From positions 1,024,001 to 1,088,000 of the forward strand of contig CAVOGR010000001.1 of the NCBI GenBank assembly GCA_963695555.1: 64,000 nt of DNA, given 5' to 3'. Below the pieces are notes generated by a model. It saw only the letters and a program-made list of their open reading frames with translations. It ran no database searches and had not been told where the DNA came from. Position 1 is the stretch's first letter; every line of letters starts with the position of its first letter. Below are positions 37,180 to 47,974 of the stretch, piece after piece. Both the position numbers and the translations under genes were made by a program. The stretch comes from an uncultured Gemmatimonadales bacterium. Its GTDB lineage: Bacteria > Gemmatimonadota > Gemmatimonadetes > Gemmatimonadales > GWC2-71-9.

Positions 37180-38088
37180 GTGACGAGCCACCACGACCCA
37201 GTCATGCTCCCGCAGGTGCTGGAAGCGCTCGGGACCGCCCGGCGAGTCGCCGATGTCACCCTCGGGGATGGCGGCTACGCCGAGGCGCTGCTCGGCTATG
37301 GCGTCGCGCTCCTGGGCATCGACCGGGACGCCGAGGCGCTGCAGCGCGCCCGGGCCCGATTGGGTGCCTCCACGTGTAGCTACCTTCATGCCAGTTTCGG
37401 ATCGCCCGAGGCGCTCCGAGCCGTTACCGAGTTTCACCCCGCTGGGGTGGTCGCGGATCTCGGAGTCTCCTCGCGGCTCCTGGATGATCCCGCCCGGGGC
37501 TTCAGCTTCCGACCCGGCGTGCCGCTCGACATGCGAATGGACCCCGAGGGACCGACCGCCGCCGAGGTGCTCAACCGGGCGGACCCAGAGCGACTCGTCC
37601 GCATCTTCGCGGACTATGGTGACGAGCGGCGTGCCCACCGGCTGGCTCGGGAAGTCGTGCGCCGCCGGGTCACCAGCCCGCTCCGCACCAGCGATGATTT
37701 GGTCAACGCCATCCGGGCCGTGTTGGGCCCCAGATCCGGGCCGGGCGACTTCGCGCGGTTGTTCCAAGCCGTTCGGATCGAGGTCAATGCCGAATTGACC
37801 CAGCTCGACACTGCGCTTCCGGTTTGGCGTGACGCCCTGACCCCCGGTGGGTGCGTGGTAGTGATCAGTTATCATTCAGGGGAGGATCGCCTGGTCAAAC
37901 ATGCTTTCCGGGAGTGGAGCAAGGCGTGTGTCTGTCCCACCGAACAGCCGATGTGTACCTGCCGGGGCCGGTCGTACGGGAAGGCGGTGCCGCGGAAGCC
38001 CATCCGGCCGACCGCGGAAGAAATCGCACGAAATCCCAGGGCCCGCAGTGCCAGGCTCAGAGTGTTCCGGGTAACTGATGGAGCTTAG
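37180..38088 (+). CDS. rsmH: 16S rRNA m4C1402 methyltransferase RsmH
   Basis: HDPVML, DLGVSS, RGFSF, PLDMRM, FQAVRIEVN, SYHSGEDR, NPRARSA. Confidence 0.95.
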   Translation: MTSHHDPVMLPQVLEALGTARRVADVTLGDGGYAEALLGYGVALLGIDRDAEALQRARARLGASTCSYLHASFGSPEALRAVTEFHPAGVVADLGVSSRLLDDPARGFSFRPGVPLDMRMDPEGPTAAEVLNRADPERLVRIFADYGDERRAHRLAREVVRRRVTSPLRTSDDLVNAIRAVLGPRSGPGDFARLFQAVRIEVNAELTQLDTALPVWRDALTPGGCVVVISYHSGEDRLVKHAFREWSKACVCPTEQPMCTCRGRSYGKAVPRKPIRPTAEEIARNPRARSARLRVFRVTDGA

Positions 38089-38377
38089 AGGACGATACTG
38101 GGTCCTATTCTGGTTGCTGGTGTTCTTGGTCGTCACCACCGTGGTCGTGGCGCGCCAGAGCGATGCGATCCGGACCGCCCGGCGATTGGAGACCTTGCGG
38201 AATGAACGGGTCGTGCTCGAAGCCAAACACGCCGAGTTCGTTCGGCGGGTGCGCCAGGCATCGGGTCGGAAAGTTCTGATGCCCCGGGTCGAGAAGGCGC
38301 TGGGTTTGCGCGAGCCGACGGACGCGGAGTGGGAAAATTTCTCCCCGGGAGATACCGGCACGGAAGGCCAGCGCTAG
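38078..38377 (+). CDS. ftsL: Cell division protein FtsL-like
   Basis: Single TM plus coiled coil, positioned between rsmH and ftsI. Confidence 0.7.
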   Translation: MELRGRYWVLFWLLVFLVVTTVVVARQSDAIRTARRLETLRNERVVLEAKHAEFVRRVRQASGRKVLMPRVEKALGLREPTDAEWENFSPGDTGTEGQR

Positions 38378-40362
38378 TGGCCCGGTCGGTGGCGCGGATC
38401 GGCGCGCTCGAGTTCATCCTCGGCCTGGCCCTCGCGGCGGTGGTGATTCGGGCTGCCCAGATTCAGGTGGTGCGGGGCGGTCATTATGCGGCCATCGCCG
38501 AACGGCAGCGCACCAGTACCGAGCAGGTACCCGCTCGCCGCGGGACCGTCTACGATCGTCATGGGCAGCCGCTCGTCGTGACCCAAGAGGAATACGCCGT
38601 CGGGATTGCCCCGAACGAGGTGACTGATGTCCGGGGCACGGCGCGCCTCGTCGCCAAGCATCTCGGGATCGCGGCCCGCCCGCTGGAGCAGGCGATCCGT
38701 GGATCGAAGCGCTATCGGTGGCTAGCGGGGCCCTTTCCGGCCACCAGAGTCGAGCCGCTTCGGGACGTCCGCGGCATTCACCTCCATCGGCGGCTCGAGC
38801 GGACCTATCCTTCCGGCGACCTCGCCGGCCCGATCTTGGGACGCTTGAACGCCGAGGGGACTGGCGCCACCGGCCTCGAGCTCTTGCTGGATTCGCTCCT
38901 CCAGGGCCAGCCCGGGGAGGCCGTGGTGTTGAAGGACCATCTCGGCCGACGGTACGAGTCGCCGTCACGTCGGCGCCGCGCACCGGTTGCGGGCGACGAT
39001 GTCTACCTGACGCTGGACGTCGAGCTTCAAGACATCGCCGAACGGGGCTTGGAAGACGCCATCGCCGCCTCGGATGCGGAAGGCGGCGACGTGGTCCTCC
39101 TCCATCCCGAAACCGGTGAGGTTTTGGCCCTCGCGTCGCGTGTGACCCAGAACGGCAGGCTCGTCTCATCGCCCGCCGCCATTCACACCACCTTCGAGCC
39201 GGGCTCCACGGCCAAGATCTTCACGGCGGCCGCGTTGCTCATGCGAGGGCTGGTGGACAGTACCGACACCGAAAACGTGGTCGACGGCCGGTGGCGAATG
39301 CCTATCGTCGAACAGCCGACGCGGCCATCGCAATACCGGACGATCGAAGACTCTCATCGCGAGCTCGGGGTCCATCCCTTGACCCTGGCAGACGCCATCC
39401 GGGTATCGAGCAATGTGGCCATGGCCAAGTTCGCGACCCGGCTCACCCCCGAACAGCAATACGAGACCCTCCGAGGGTTCGGGTTCGGCAACCGGACCGG
39501 CATCGAGTTTCCTTCGGAATCCGAAGGCCGCCTCTATCCGCCACACCAGTGGACGCTTCGCATGACCCCAGCGAGCCTCGCCATGGGCTACGAACTCGCG
39601 GTCACACCACTCCAACTGGCGGTGGCCTACGCCGCGATCGCGAACGACGGCATCGTGCTGAGTCCTGCGATCGTAAAGGAAATCCGTGACGCGGAAGGCG
39701 AGGTGATCTACCAGCACGTCCCAGAGCCGGTGCGCCGCGCTGTTTCGCCGACCGTGGCGGCCAGGCTGCGGGAGTTCCTGCGCGGCGCGGTGGAACAAGG
39801 CGGCACCGGCGAACGGGCCCAGCTCGGCAAGTACTTTCTCATGGGCAAGACCGGAACGGCCAGGCGATTCCGCGATGGTCGCTACGTGGATGAATACACC
39901 GGGTCCTTTGCCGCACTCTTCCCGCAGGACAATCCCGAGCTGGTGGTCGTCGTGAAGATCGACAATCCTCGGGCCGGGAGCTACTACGGTGCGCAGACGG
40001 CGGCTCCGGCGACCAAAGACATGCTGAACCATGCCTTGGCCGCGGGGCTCCTGCCGTTCACACCGGCCGAGACACAGGGTCGGCCTCGGCCGAGGCCGCG
40101 ACGAAACGAACCTGAGGCGGAAGGCCGCGTCAGCGCTCCGCCGGTCGTCATTCCGTGGCCCCCGGCCGCGGCGGACTCCGCCGCCCCTCCGCCGCGACCG
40201 GTGCCAAAGGTCGTCGCCTTGCCGGTACGGGAAGCCGTGCTTGCCCTCCATCAGCGTGGGTTCCAGGTCCAGCTGCGCGGGCTCGGTATCGTTGAACGCA
40301 CCTGGCCGAGCGCCGGGACCGTCATGGCCCGAGGCCGCATCGTCACCGTGTGGGCCAGATGA
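38377..40362 (+). CDS. ftsI: Peptidoglycan transpeptidase FtsI/PBP3 with C-terminal PASTA-like domain
   Basis: ARRGTVYDR; SxxK (EPGSTAK), SxN (SSN) and KTG motifs. Confidence 0.93.
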   Translation: MARSVARIGALEFILGLALAAVVIRAAQIQVVRGGHYAAIAERQRTSTEQVPARRGTVYDRHGQPLVVTQEEYAVGIAPNEVTDVRGTARLVAKHLGIAARPLEQAIRGSKRYRWLAGPFPATRVEPLRDVRGIHLHRRLERTYPSGDLAGPILGRLNAEGTGATGLELLLDSLLQGQPGEAVVLKDHLGRRYESPSRRRRAPVAGDDVYLTLDVELQDIAERGLEDAIAASDAEGGDVVLLHPETGEVLALASRVTQNGRLVSSPAAIHTTFEPGSTAKIFTAAALLMRGLVDSTDTENVVDGRWRMPIVEQPTRPSQYRTIEDSHRELGVHPLTLADAIRVSSNVAMAKFATRLTPEQQYETLRGFGFGNRTGIEFPSESEGRLYPPHQWTLRMTPASLAMGYELAVTPLQLAVAYAAIANDGIVLSPAIVKEIRDAEGEVIYQHVPEPVRRAVSPTVAARLREFLRGAVEQGGTGERAQLGKYFLMGKTGTARRFRDGRYVDEYTGSFAALFPQDNPELVVVVKIDNPRAGSYYGAQTAAPATKDMLNHALAAGLLPFTPAETQGRPRPRPRRNEPEAEGRVSAPPVVIPWPPAAADSAAPPPRPVPKVVALPVREAVLALHQRGFQVQLRGLGIVERTWPSAGTVMARGRIVTVWAR

Positions 40363-41819
40363 CACGGCGGATGCTTGACGAGCTCGTCACTGCTTTCCGG
40401 AGAGAAGGGCCGGTGATCTCGGCTCCTTCGGACCAGGTCGTCATCACGGGAGTGCGCGGCGATAGCCGAGCGGTGATGCCGGGTGATGTCTTTTGTGCGG
40501 TGCGCGGCACCGAGTCTGACGGCCACGACTTCGCCGCCGATGCAGTCGCCCGGGGCGCCTCCGCCATCGTGGCTGAACGCACGCTGGATGTGCCGGTACC
40601 CGTGGTCATCGTCTTGCAGGGACGGACGGCCGCCAGAATTGCGGGGGAAACGTGGTACGGCCGCCCGGCGGATCGCCTGTCATTGATTGGCGTGACCGGA
40701 ACGAACGGAAAGACCACGACCACGGCGTTGATCCGCCACCTCCTAAATGACGGAGGCACGGCGGGAAGCATCGGCACCCTCGGAGCACTCGACGGTAAGG
40801 GCTCTGCCGTGCCGTCCACGGCCGGCACACTCACAACGCCCGGACCCATCGACCTGCAGGCCACGCTGGCCGAGTTCGTGCGGCGCGGCACGACACATGT
40901 GGTTCTGGAGGCATCTTCCCACAGCCTCGACCAAGGCCGGCTGGACGGACTGCACTTTGCCGCCGCCGTGTTCACCAACCTGTCACGCGACCACCTCGAC
41001 TATCACGCCTCGATGGACGATTACCTGAACGCCAAGCTCCGGCTCGGCGCACACCTCGGACTCGACGGGGTCGAGGTCGTCAATCGGGACGATGCGGCCT
41101 GGAGTGCGCTGCCGCGACGCGGGCGCCGGGTAACCTTCGGCCTGGAGCGGGGTGCCGATGTCTGTGCACCCACCCGCGAACTGAGCGCCGCTGGGAGCCG
41201 ATTCCTCCTGGAAGGACGGTTCGGGGCATCCTGGGCTCAGGTGCCCTTGCTTGGAGAGTTCAACGTCTCGAACGCCCTCGCCGCCATTGCCAGCGCCGTG
41301 GCACTCGGAGTGCCGCTCGAGCGGGTCGTCGAGCGACTGCGGCACGCGCCTGCCGTTCCTGGCCGGATGGAGGTATTGACCGAGCACCCGTGCACGGTCA
41401 TCCGGGACTATGCCCATACTCCCGATGCGCTGGCGCGGGCACTGGGGGCGCTCCGGCCACTGACGCGTGGGCGCCTGATTGCACTGTTCGGGTGCGGCGG
41501 CGACCGGGATCCCGGCAAGCGTCCGATGATGGGGCAGGTAGCGGCGACGCACGCCGATTATGCGGTCGTCACGTCGGACAACCCGCGAAGGGAAGACCCC
41601 GATCGCATCATTGACGACATCGAGCGGGGCATGGGCAACGCGCCACACCGCCGCATCACGGACCGGGCGGAAGCCATCCGCACCATGTTGCAGGAGGTCG
41701 AGCAGGGCGATGTCCTGGTGCTGGCCGGCAAGGGGCACGAGACCTACCAGGTCATCGGCACGACCAAAGTGGACTTCGACGAGCGTCGTATCGTTACCGA
41801 GGCGCTGAGGCCGGCGTGA
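40359..41819 (+). CDS. murE: UDP-MurNAc-tripeptide synthetase (mDAP-type)
   Basis: GVTGTNGKTT, EASSH, DYAHTPD, SDNPR, AGKGHE. Confidence 0.96.
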   Translation: MTRRMLDELVTAFRREGPVISAPSDQVVITGVRGDSRAVMPGDVFCAVRGTESDGHDFAADAVARGASAIVAERTLDVPVPVVIVLQGRTAARIAGETWYGRPADRLSLIGVTGTNGKTTTTALIRHLLNDGGTAGSIGTLGALDGKGSAVPSTAGTLTTPGPIDLQATLAEFVRRGTTHVVLEASSHSLDQGRLDGLHFAAAVFTNLSRDHLDYHASMDDYLNAKLRLGAHLGLDGVEVVNRDDAAWSALPRRGRRVTFGLERGADVCAPTRELSAAGSRFLLEGRFGASWAQVPLLGEFNVSNALAAIASAVALGVPLERVVERLRHAPAVPGRMEVLTEHPCTVIRDYAHTPDALARALGALRPLTRGRLIALFGCGGDRDPGKRPMMGQVAATHADYAVVTSDNPRREDPDRIIDDIERGMGNAPHRRITDRAEAIRTMLQEVEQGDVLVLAGKGHETYQVIGTTKVDFDERRIVTEALRPA

Positions 41820-43174
41820 CCCGGTGGTCTGATGCCTTCGTACGTGAAGCTCTCACCGGCTCGCCCCGAGGAGCCGATACCCGGCAGCGCTACAGCGAGA
41901 TTTCCACGGACACCAGGGCGCTCCGTCCCGGCGCGCTCTTCGTGGCGCTCGAAGGACCGCGATTCAACGGCCACGACTACCTAAGCGCGGCCCGCGCCGG
42001 CGGTGCCACGGGTGCGGTGGTCCGCCGGGGGACTCAGGCGGTGGACGGGCTCGAGTGCTACGAGGTCGAGGACACGCTCCACGCGCTCGGTGCGCTCGCC
42101 GCCGCGGTGCGGCACGAGATCCACGGACCGGTGGTGGCGGTGACAGGAACCAATGGCAAGACGAGCACCAAGGAGATGCTCGCCGCGGTGCTCAGGACTC
42201 GATTCGTAACCCACGCAACACCGGAGAACCTCAATAATCTCATCGGGGTCCCCCTTACCATCGTGTCGGCGCCGGAGGGCACCGAGGCGCTGGTGCTCGA
42301 AGCCGGCGCCAACGAGCCGGGTGAACTGGCTCGGCATCGCGCCATCATCGATCCGACCGTGACGGTGATAACGAACGTGGGCGCGGGACACCTCGAGGGC
42401 TTCGGGTCGGTCGAGATGGTACTTCACGAGAAGTTGGAGCTGGCGCGCGACGTGCCGCTGGCGGTGGTCGGCACCGCGCCGCCGGAGCTGGCAGCCGGAG
42501 TGCAACTCCGCGCGCGACGCAGCCTCACCGCGGGTGTGGCGGATGCCGACGTTGTACCCGAAGCGGTGACTGTCGGGCCGGATGGCAGGGCGCGGATCTC
42601 GGTCGATGGTGTCACGTTCACGCTGCCTTATGCCGGCCTGCACCTTGCCGCGAACGCGATGCTGGCCTGGGCATTGGTCCGCTCGCTCGATCTGGATCGG
42701 TCCCGCTCCGCCCGGGCGCTCGAATCGGTGACCTTCCCGGGCGGGCGCTCGGAAGTCGTGACTCGCGGCGGCATGACCATCGTCAACGACGCCTACAACG
42801 CCAATCCGGAGTCCTTCGCGGCGGCCATTGCGACGGCCCGTGCCATGCGTGCCGGCCGGCCGCTGGTGTTCGTTGCCGGCACTATGCGGGAACTCGGTCC
42901 GCGATCCCCGGCACTGCACGCGGAAGTGATGCGGCAGCTGGTCGAGCTCGAGCCCGCCATCCTGGCCGTCGTTGGCGACTTTGTGGAGGCCAGCACAGCC
43001 TATGCGGGGCGGCTTGGCGACCGTCTCCTGGCCGCTGCCGATCCGGTAGAACTGGGGCCGGCCCTGGCCGCGCGGTTGACCGGAAACGAGCTGGTGTTCC
43101 TCAAGGCATCCCGTGGTGTGGCGCTCGAACGTATACTTCCGTTCTTGTTCACCGGTTCCGACCAGCGTCGCTGA
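41816..43174 (+). CDS. murF: UDP-MurNAc-tripeptide--D-Ala-D-Ala ligase
   Basis: TGTNGKTSTKE, NNLIGVP, DAYNANP, LKASRG. Confidence 0.95.
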   Translation: MTRWSDAFVREALTGSPRGADTRQRYSEISTDTRALRPGALFVALEGPRFNGHDYLSAARAGGATGAVVRRGTQAVDGLECYEVEDTLHALGALAAAVRHEIHGPVVAVTGTNGKTSTKEMLAAVLRTRFVTHATPENLNNLIGVPLTIVSAPEGTEALVLEAGANEPGELARHRAIIDPTVTVITNVGAGHLEGFGSVEMVLHEKLELARDVPLAVVGTAPPELAAGVQLRARRSLTAGVADADVVPEAVTVGPDGRARISVDGVTFTLPYAGLHLAANAMLAWALVRSLDLDRSRSARALESVTFPGGRSEVVTRGGMTIVNDAYNANPESFAAAIATARAMRAGRPLVFVAGTMRELGPRSPALHAEVMRQLVELEPAILAVVGDFVEASTAYAGRLGDRLLAAADPVELGPALAARLTGNELVFLKASRGVALERILPFLFTGSDQRR

Positions 43175-43180
43175 GGTTCC

Positions 43181-44308
43181 ATGTTCTATCATTGGCTCGC
43201 TCCGCTCAGCAGCACGCACATCATCTTCAATCTCTTCAATTACATCAGCTTCCGCGCCGCCGGCGCCACGGTGACGGCGCTGATGGTGGCCTTCTTGGCG
43301 GGCCCAAGTGTCATCCGGCGGCTCCAAGCACGGAAGGTGGGACAGGTGATTCGGGCCGACGGACCGGCCGCCCATCAGGAGAAGCGGGGCACGCCGACGA
43401 TGGGTGGGCTTCTGATCATTGTCGCCACCATCGTGCCGACGCTGCTCTGGGCGCAGCTTTCCAACCGGTTCGTTCAGGTGGCTATGGTGGCGACCGTGTG
43501 GATGGGGGCCATCGGATTCGTCGATGACTATCTCAAGGTCGTGCAAGGGAAGCCACGCGGCCTCGTCGCCAAGTGGAAGCTCGCCGGGCAAGTATCGTTT
43601 GGCCTGGCGCTTGCCCTGTTGTTGCTCTTCTTTCCCTTGGTCCCGCGCGAGACGATTCCCGCCACTGGGACGACGCTCCCCTTCTTCAAATATCTGATTC
43701 TCAATTTCTCGCCCGTGGTCTTCGTGCTCTTCGTCACGTTTATCATCACGGGCAGCACCAATGCCGTGAACTTGACCGACGGGCTCGACGGGCTCGCTAC
43801 CGGACTGGCCGCCATCGCCGCCTCCGCGTTTGGCGCGTTTGCCTACCTGCTCGGGCGGACCGACGCCACCGCGTATTTGAATCTGTATTACCTCCCCGGT
43901 GCCGGAGAGTTGACCATCTTTTGCGGGGCCTTGATGGGCGGGACGCTCGGGTTCCTCTGGTTCAATGCGCATCCGGCACGGGTATTCATGGGAGACACCG
44001 GGAGCCTGGCTATCGGCGGCGCGTTGGGGACCGTCTCGATTCTCCTCAAGTCCGAGTTCCTCCTGTTGTTGATCGGCGGCGTGTTCGTGGCGGAGACGGT
44101 CTCGGTGTTGCTGCAGACTGGCGTGTACAAGTGGTTCAAACGCACCCGGGGCCGGGAATACGCCGATGCGCATCGCGTGTTCCGGATGGCACCACTGCAT
44201 CATCATTTCGAGAAGCTCGGATGGGAGGAGACAACAGTCGTCACCCGGTTCTACGTCCTGGCCATCCTTTGCGCGCTCGTGGCCCTTTCGACGCTCAAGC
44301 TCAGGTGA
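43181..44308 (+). CDS. mraY: Phospho-MurNAc-pentapeptide transferase
   Basis: KRGTPTMGG, NAVNLTDGLDG, FMGDTG, APLHHHF. Confidence 0.97.
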   Translation: MFYHWLAPLSSTHIIFNLFNYISFRAAGATVTALMVAFLAGPSVIRRLQARKVGQVIRADGPAAHQEKRGTPTMGGLLIIVATIVPTLLWAQLSNRFVQVAMVATVWMGAIGFVDDYLKVVQGKPRGLVAKWKLAGQVSFGLALALLLLFFPLVPRETIPATGTTLPFFKYLILNFSPVVFVLFVTFIITGSTNAVNLTDGLDGLATGLAAIAASAFGAFAYLLGRTDATAYLNLYYLPGAGELTIFCGALMGGTLGFLWFNAHPARVFMGDTGSLAIGGALGTVSILLKSEFLLLLIGGVFVAETVSVLLQTGVYKWFKRTRGREYADAHRVFRMAPLHHHFEKLGWEETTVVTRFYVLAILCALVALSTLKLR

Positions 44309-45654
44309 TGTTCGACCGGTGGCGAACGAGTGACACGGAGGTTGCCGTGCTGGGCCTCGGCGCGAGCGGCACCTCGGCCACCCGGCTGCTGCGGCAGCAC
44401 GGGGTACGGGTGTACGCCTCCGACAGTTCCACCAACGACGACTTGGCGGCCGCCGCGGAGGCGCTCCGCGCTGACGGAGTCGAGGTCGACCTCGGCCGGC
44501 ACGATGTCGCCCGGGTCATGCGTGCGGCCGCGGTCATCGTCTCGCCCGGCGTGCCACCCGACGTCCCGGCCGTCGCGCGCGCGCGCGCGGCGGGAATCGA
44601 GCTCCTCGCCGAAGTCGACCTCGCAGCCCAGGTTCTCCGAGGCACACGCTGGGTCGGTATCACCGGCACCAATGGGAAGACGACCACCACCACGCTCACG
44701 GCCCTGGTGCTGACCGCGTGCGGGTTCCGCGCGGAAGCCGTTGGCAACATTGGGCGGCCCGTGAGCGAGGTGGCCTTCGAGGACCCCGCGCCCGAGTGGC
44801 TGGCGGTTGAATTGTCGTCGTTTCAGCTTCACGACGCGCCGCATCTCGATCTCGCGATCGGGGTCGTGACCAACCTGTCGCCCGACCACCTCGATCGCTA
44901 TCCGTCGCTCGACGCCTACTACGCGGACAAGGCACTCTTGTTCCGGAACGCCGGCCCCAAGAGCTGCTGGATATTGAATGGAGACGATGACGCGGTGGCA
45001 CGGTTGGCTCGCGGCGTACCGGGCATTCACCAGCACTGGAGTCTCCTCGGGCCAGCGGACGCGTGGTATCGCCGGTCGGACCGGATGCTCATGCTTGGGG
45101 ACCGACCGGTGCTGGAGCGCACCGAGTTCACCCTGCTCGGTGATCATAACGTGAGCAACGCGCTTGCCGCGGTGCTGGTGGCGGCTCGAGCGGGTGGGTC
45201 AGCGAAAGCCATTGCGGAGGGACTGCGCCGTGCCGGCCCCTTACCGCATCGGCTCGAGGTGGTGCGCGAGGTGAACGGAGTGCTGTGGATCAACGACTCC
45301 AAGGCCACCAACCTTGGCTCGACATCGGTTGCGGTGACGGCCTTGGACCGCCCTTTCGTGCTGCTCCTGGGCGGGCGCCACAAAGGGGAGCCCTATTCGC
45401 GGCTGGTGCCGCTCTTGAAGGGGTGCCGTGCCGTCGTTGCCTACGGGGAGTCACGGTCGATCATCGAACGCGACCTCGCCGACGCGGTTCCGGTGGTCGG
45501 GGTGGACTCCTTCGCGGACGTCTTGGACGAGGCAGCCCGGCTCGCCCGTCCGGGCGACGCCGTCTTGCTGTCCCCTGCGTGCTCCAGCTACGACATGTTC
45601 AAGAATTACCAGGAGCGTGGGGCCCAGTTTCGCGCCGCGGTGGAGGCCATGTGA
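44308..45654 (+). CDS. murD: UDP-MurNAc-L-Ala--D-Glu ligase
   Basis: SPGVP, ITGTNGKTTT, ELSSFQL, NDSKATN, LSPACSSYD. Confidence 0.96.
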   Translation: MFDRWRTSDTEVAVLGLGASGTSATRLLRQHGVRVYASDSSTNDDLAAAAEALRADGVEVDLGRHDVARVMRAAAVIVSPGVPPDVPAVARARAAGIELLAEVDLAAQVLRGTRWVGITGTNGKTTTTTLTALVLTACGFRAEAVGNIGRPVSEVAFEDPAPEWLAVELSSFQLHDAPHLDLAIGVVTNLSPDHLDRYPSLDAYYADKALLFRNAGPKSCWILNGDDDAVARLARGVPGIHQHWSLLGPADAWYRRSDRMLMLGDRPVLERTEFTLLGDHNVSNALAAVLVAARAGGSAKAIAEGLRRAGPLPHRLEVVREVNGVLWINDSKATNLGSTSVAVTALDRPFVLLLGGRHKGEPYSRLVPLLKGCRAVVAYGESRSIIERDLADAVPVVGVDSFADVLDEAARLARPGDAVLLSPACSSYDMFKNYQERGAQFRAAVEAM

Positions 45655-46805
45655 GCCGAGAACGTCCCATCGTCCACCCCGGCGACTTCCGCTGGGAGAC
45701 TCATCTTCTCTTGATTGTCACGGCAGCCCTGGTGGTATTCGGACTGGCCAGCATGTACGGCGCGTCCAGCATCGTGTCGGGGAATCAGGGGTTTGCCGGC
45801 TCGAGTCTGGCCCTGCGTCAACTCGCAGGGGCGGTGGTCGGCACCATCTTGTTGCTGGTGGCTGCCCGGGTGGACTACCACTTCTGGCGGGCAATGGCAT
45901 GGCCGATCCTGCTGGCGACAATTGCCCTGCTGCTGATCTTGGTTCTGCCGTTCACGACTGCCGTCGCCCCGTCCTCCCACGGCGCCAGGCGGTGGATCCG
46001 TTTCGGTGTCCTGAGCTTCCAACCCTCCGAAGTCGCCCGGCTGGCTGTCGTGGTGTGGTGTGCCATGCTCGCGGCCAAGAAGGGACCACAAGTGCGCCGG
46101 TTCAAGAAAGGCGTGCTGCCGTTTCTCGTGATCCTGGGTCTGGTGTCGGGCTTGATCATGCTCGAGCCCGATCTGTCCATGGCCACGCTCGTGGCGCTTG
46201 TCGGAGGCATTGTGCTGTTCACCGCGGGCGCCAAGATTGGCCACTTTCTCTTGCTCGGCATGGGCGGCATCCTCCTGGTCTTCCACCAGATTCGCGATGC
46301 GCAGTACCGGTTGGCACGATTCACCACCTTTCTCAATCCCGGAGAAGGTGGCAGCGACGCCGCGCTCCAGATCCAGCAATCGCTGATCGGGATGGGGTCG
46401 GGCAGGATCATGGGCGTTGGATTCGGTGAGGGGCAACAGAAGCTGGGCTTCCTCCCATTGGCCTACTCCGACTTCCTGTTCAGCACCATCGGCGAAGAGT
46501 GGGGATTTCTCGGAGTCGTACTGGTGGTGCTGCTCTTCGGGCTCTTCGCCTGGCTCGGATTCCGGATCGCGCGGACGGCCTCGGATCCGTTTGGGCAGTA
46601 TCTCGCGGCAGGCATCACCGCGTCGGTCGTCGTCACCGCGGCCATGCACATGGCCGTGACCCTCGGTCTCATGCCCACGACGGGCCTGACTCTGCCGTTC
46701 ATGTCCCACGGCAGAACCAGCCTCGTGGTCGCGCTGCTCGGTACCGGAATCCTGATCAACATTGGGGCGCGGCGAGGGCGGCCGCCCAAACCCAGGTCAC
46801 GGTGA
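45651..46805 (+). CDS. ftsW: SEDS peptidoglycan glycosyltransferase FtsW
   Basis: GARRWI...FQPSE, EPDL, SDFLFSTIGEEWG, PTTGLTLPFMS. Confidence 0.94.
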   Translation: MSRERPIVHPGDFRWETHLLLIVTAALVVFGLASMYGASSIVSGNQGFAGSSLALRQLAGAVVGTILLLVAARVDYHFWRAMAWPILLATIALLLILVLPFTTAVAPSSHGARRWIRFGVLSFQPSEVARLAVVVWCAMLAAKKGPQVRRFKKGVLPFLVILGLVSGLIMLEPDLSMATLVALVGGIVLFTAGAKIGHFLLLGMGGILLVFHQIRDAQYRLARFTTFLNPGEGGSDAALQIQQSLIGMGSGRIMGVGFGEGQQKLGFLPLAYSDFLFSTIGEEWGFLGVVLVVLLFGLFAWLGFRIARTASDPFGQYLAAGITASVVVTAAMHMAVTLGLMPTTGLTLPFMSHGRTSLVVALLGTGILINIGARRGRPPKPRSR

Positions 46806-47959
46806 CCGGCTCCTCCGGGGCTCGCACCGACGGTCGCGAACGACGCGTCGTCATTGCCGGGGGAGGAACGGGCGGACACCTCATGCCCGCGCTGGCCATC
46901 GCCGCTCTGCTTCGGGAGCAGGCTCCAGATGTGGAGCCGGTGCTGGTTGGAGCACGCCGTGGCATCGAGGCCGAACTGCTGCGGCGGAGGCCGTTCCGAT
47001 ACCATCTGTTGCCGGCCCAGCCGATCTACCGCCGTCAGTGGTGGAAGAACGCCAGGTGGCCCTTGGTGCTTCCGGGTCTCTGGCGTGGTCTCCGCGCGAT
47101 TTTCGCGCTGGAGCGTCCGGCGGCGGTCCTCGGGACCGGTGGGTACGCCTCGGCCCCGGTGGTGTGGTGGGCCCTGCGTTCAGGCGTTCCCGTCGCGATC
47201 CAGGAACAGAACGCCTTTCCCGGCCTGGTCACGCGGCGATTTGCCGCGCGGGCGCGTCACGTCTATCTCGGACTTCCCGAGGCTGAGCGGCACCTCCGCC
47301 TCGGGTCCCACACCGAGCTCTTCGTGACGGGGAATCCGATCGCGCCTCCGACGCCCGAGGATCGCCCGGCCGCCCGGCGCCGATGGGGCATCGAGGACGA
47401 TGAATTTACCGTGCTCGTGACGGGTGGGAGCCAGGGCGCGCACGCCATCAACCAGGCCGTGAGCGCGTGGCTCGACGCGACAGGAGCCGCCGGGGTTACT
47501 CTCCTTTGGGTGACCGGTCGTGCGGGTTGGGATCGATTCAAGCGGTACCACGCGCCACCACGCGTCCGGGTGATCGATTTTCTCGACCCGATGGGGCATG
47601 GCTACGCCGCCGCCGATGCTGTGGTCAGCCGGGCCGGCGCGCTCACCGTGGCGGAACTCTGTGCCTGGGGTCTACCGAGTGTGCTCATCCCGTTGCCAAG
47701 TGCGGCAGCAGACCATCAGGCGAGAAACGCTGCGGCCATGGAGCAGGCTGGAGCGGCGTGGCACCTCAATCAGGAACGCCTCGATGGTGTGAGCCTCGGC
47801 GCGGCCATCGAACGGCTGCAATCGCAGCCAGAAACCCGGCAGGCAATGGGGCGGGCGGCCCGCGAGCGCGGCAGGCCGGATGCCGCCATGGAGATCGTGT
47901 CCCATCTGCGAACGCTCTTGGAACCGGTTGGGGTTTCGCAACTTACCGAACCTTCTTAG
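46802..47959 (+). CDS. murG: Lipid II GlcNAc transferase MurG
   Basis: GGGTGGH, GTGGY, EQNAFPG, GGSQGA, RAGALT, HQARNA. Confidence 0.96.
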   Translation: MTGSSGARTDGRERRVVIAGGGTGGHLMPALAIAALLREQAPDVEPVLVGARRGIEAELLRRRPFRYHLLPAQPIYRRQWWKNARWPLVLPGLWRGLRAIFALERPAAVLGTGGYASAPVVWWALRSGVPVAIQEQNAFPGLVTRRFAARARHVYLGLPEAERHLRLGSHTELFVTGNPIAPPTPEDRPAARRRWGIEDDEFTVLVTGGSQGAHAINQAVSAWLDATGAAGVTLLWVTGRAGWDRFKRYHAPPRVRVIDFLDPMGHGYAAADAVVSRAGALTVAELCAWGLPSVLIPLPSAAADHQARNAAAMEQAGAAWHLNQERLDGVSLGAAIERLQSQPETRQAMGRAARERGRPDAAMEIVSHLRTLLEPVGVSQLTEPS

Positions 47960-47974
47960 ATTAGCGCATTCGTA

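Noticed and set aside
41981..44206. 741-aa minus-strand ORF
   Set aside because: Antisense shadow of murF/mraY.
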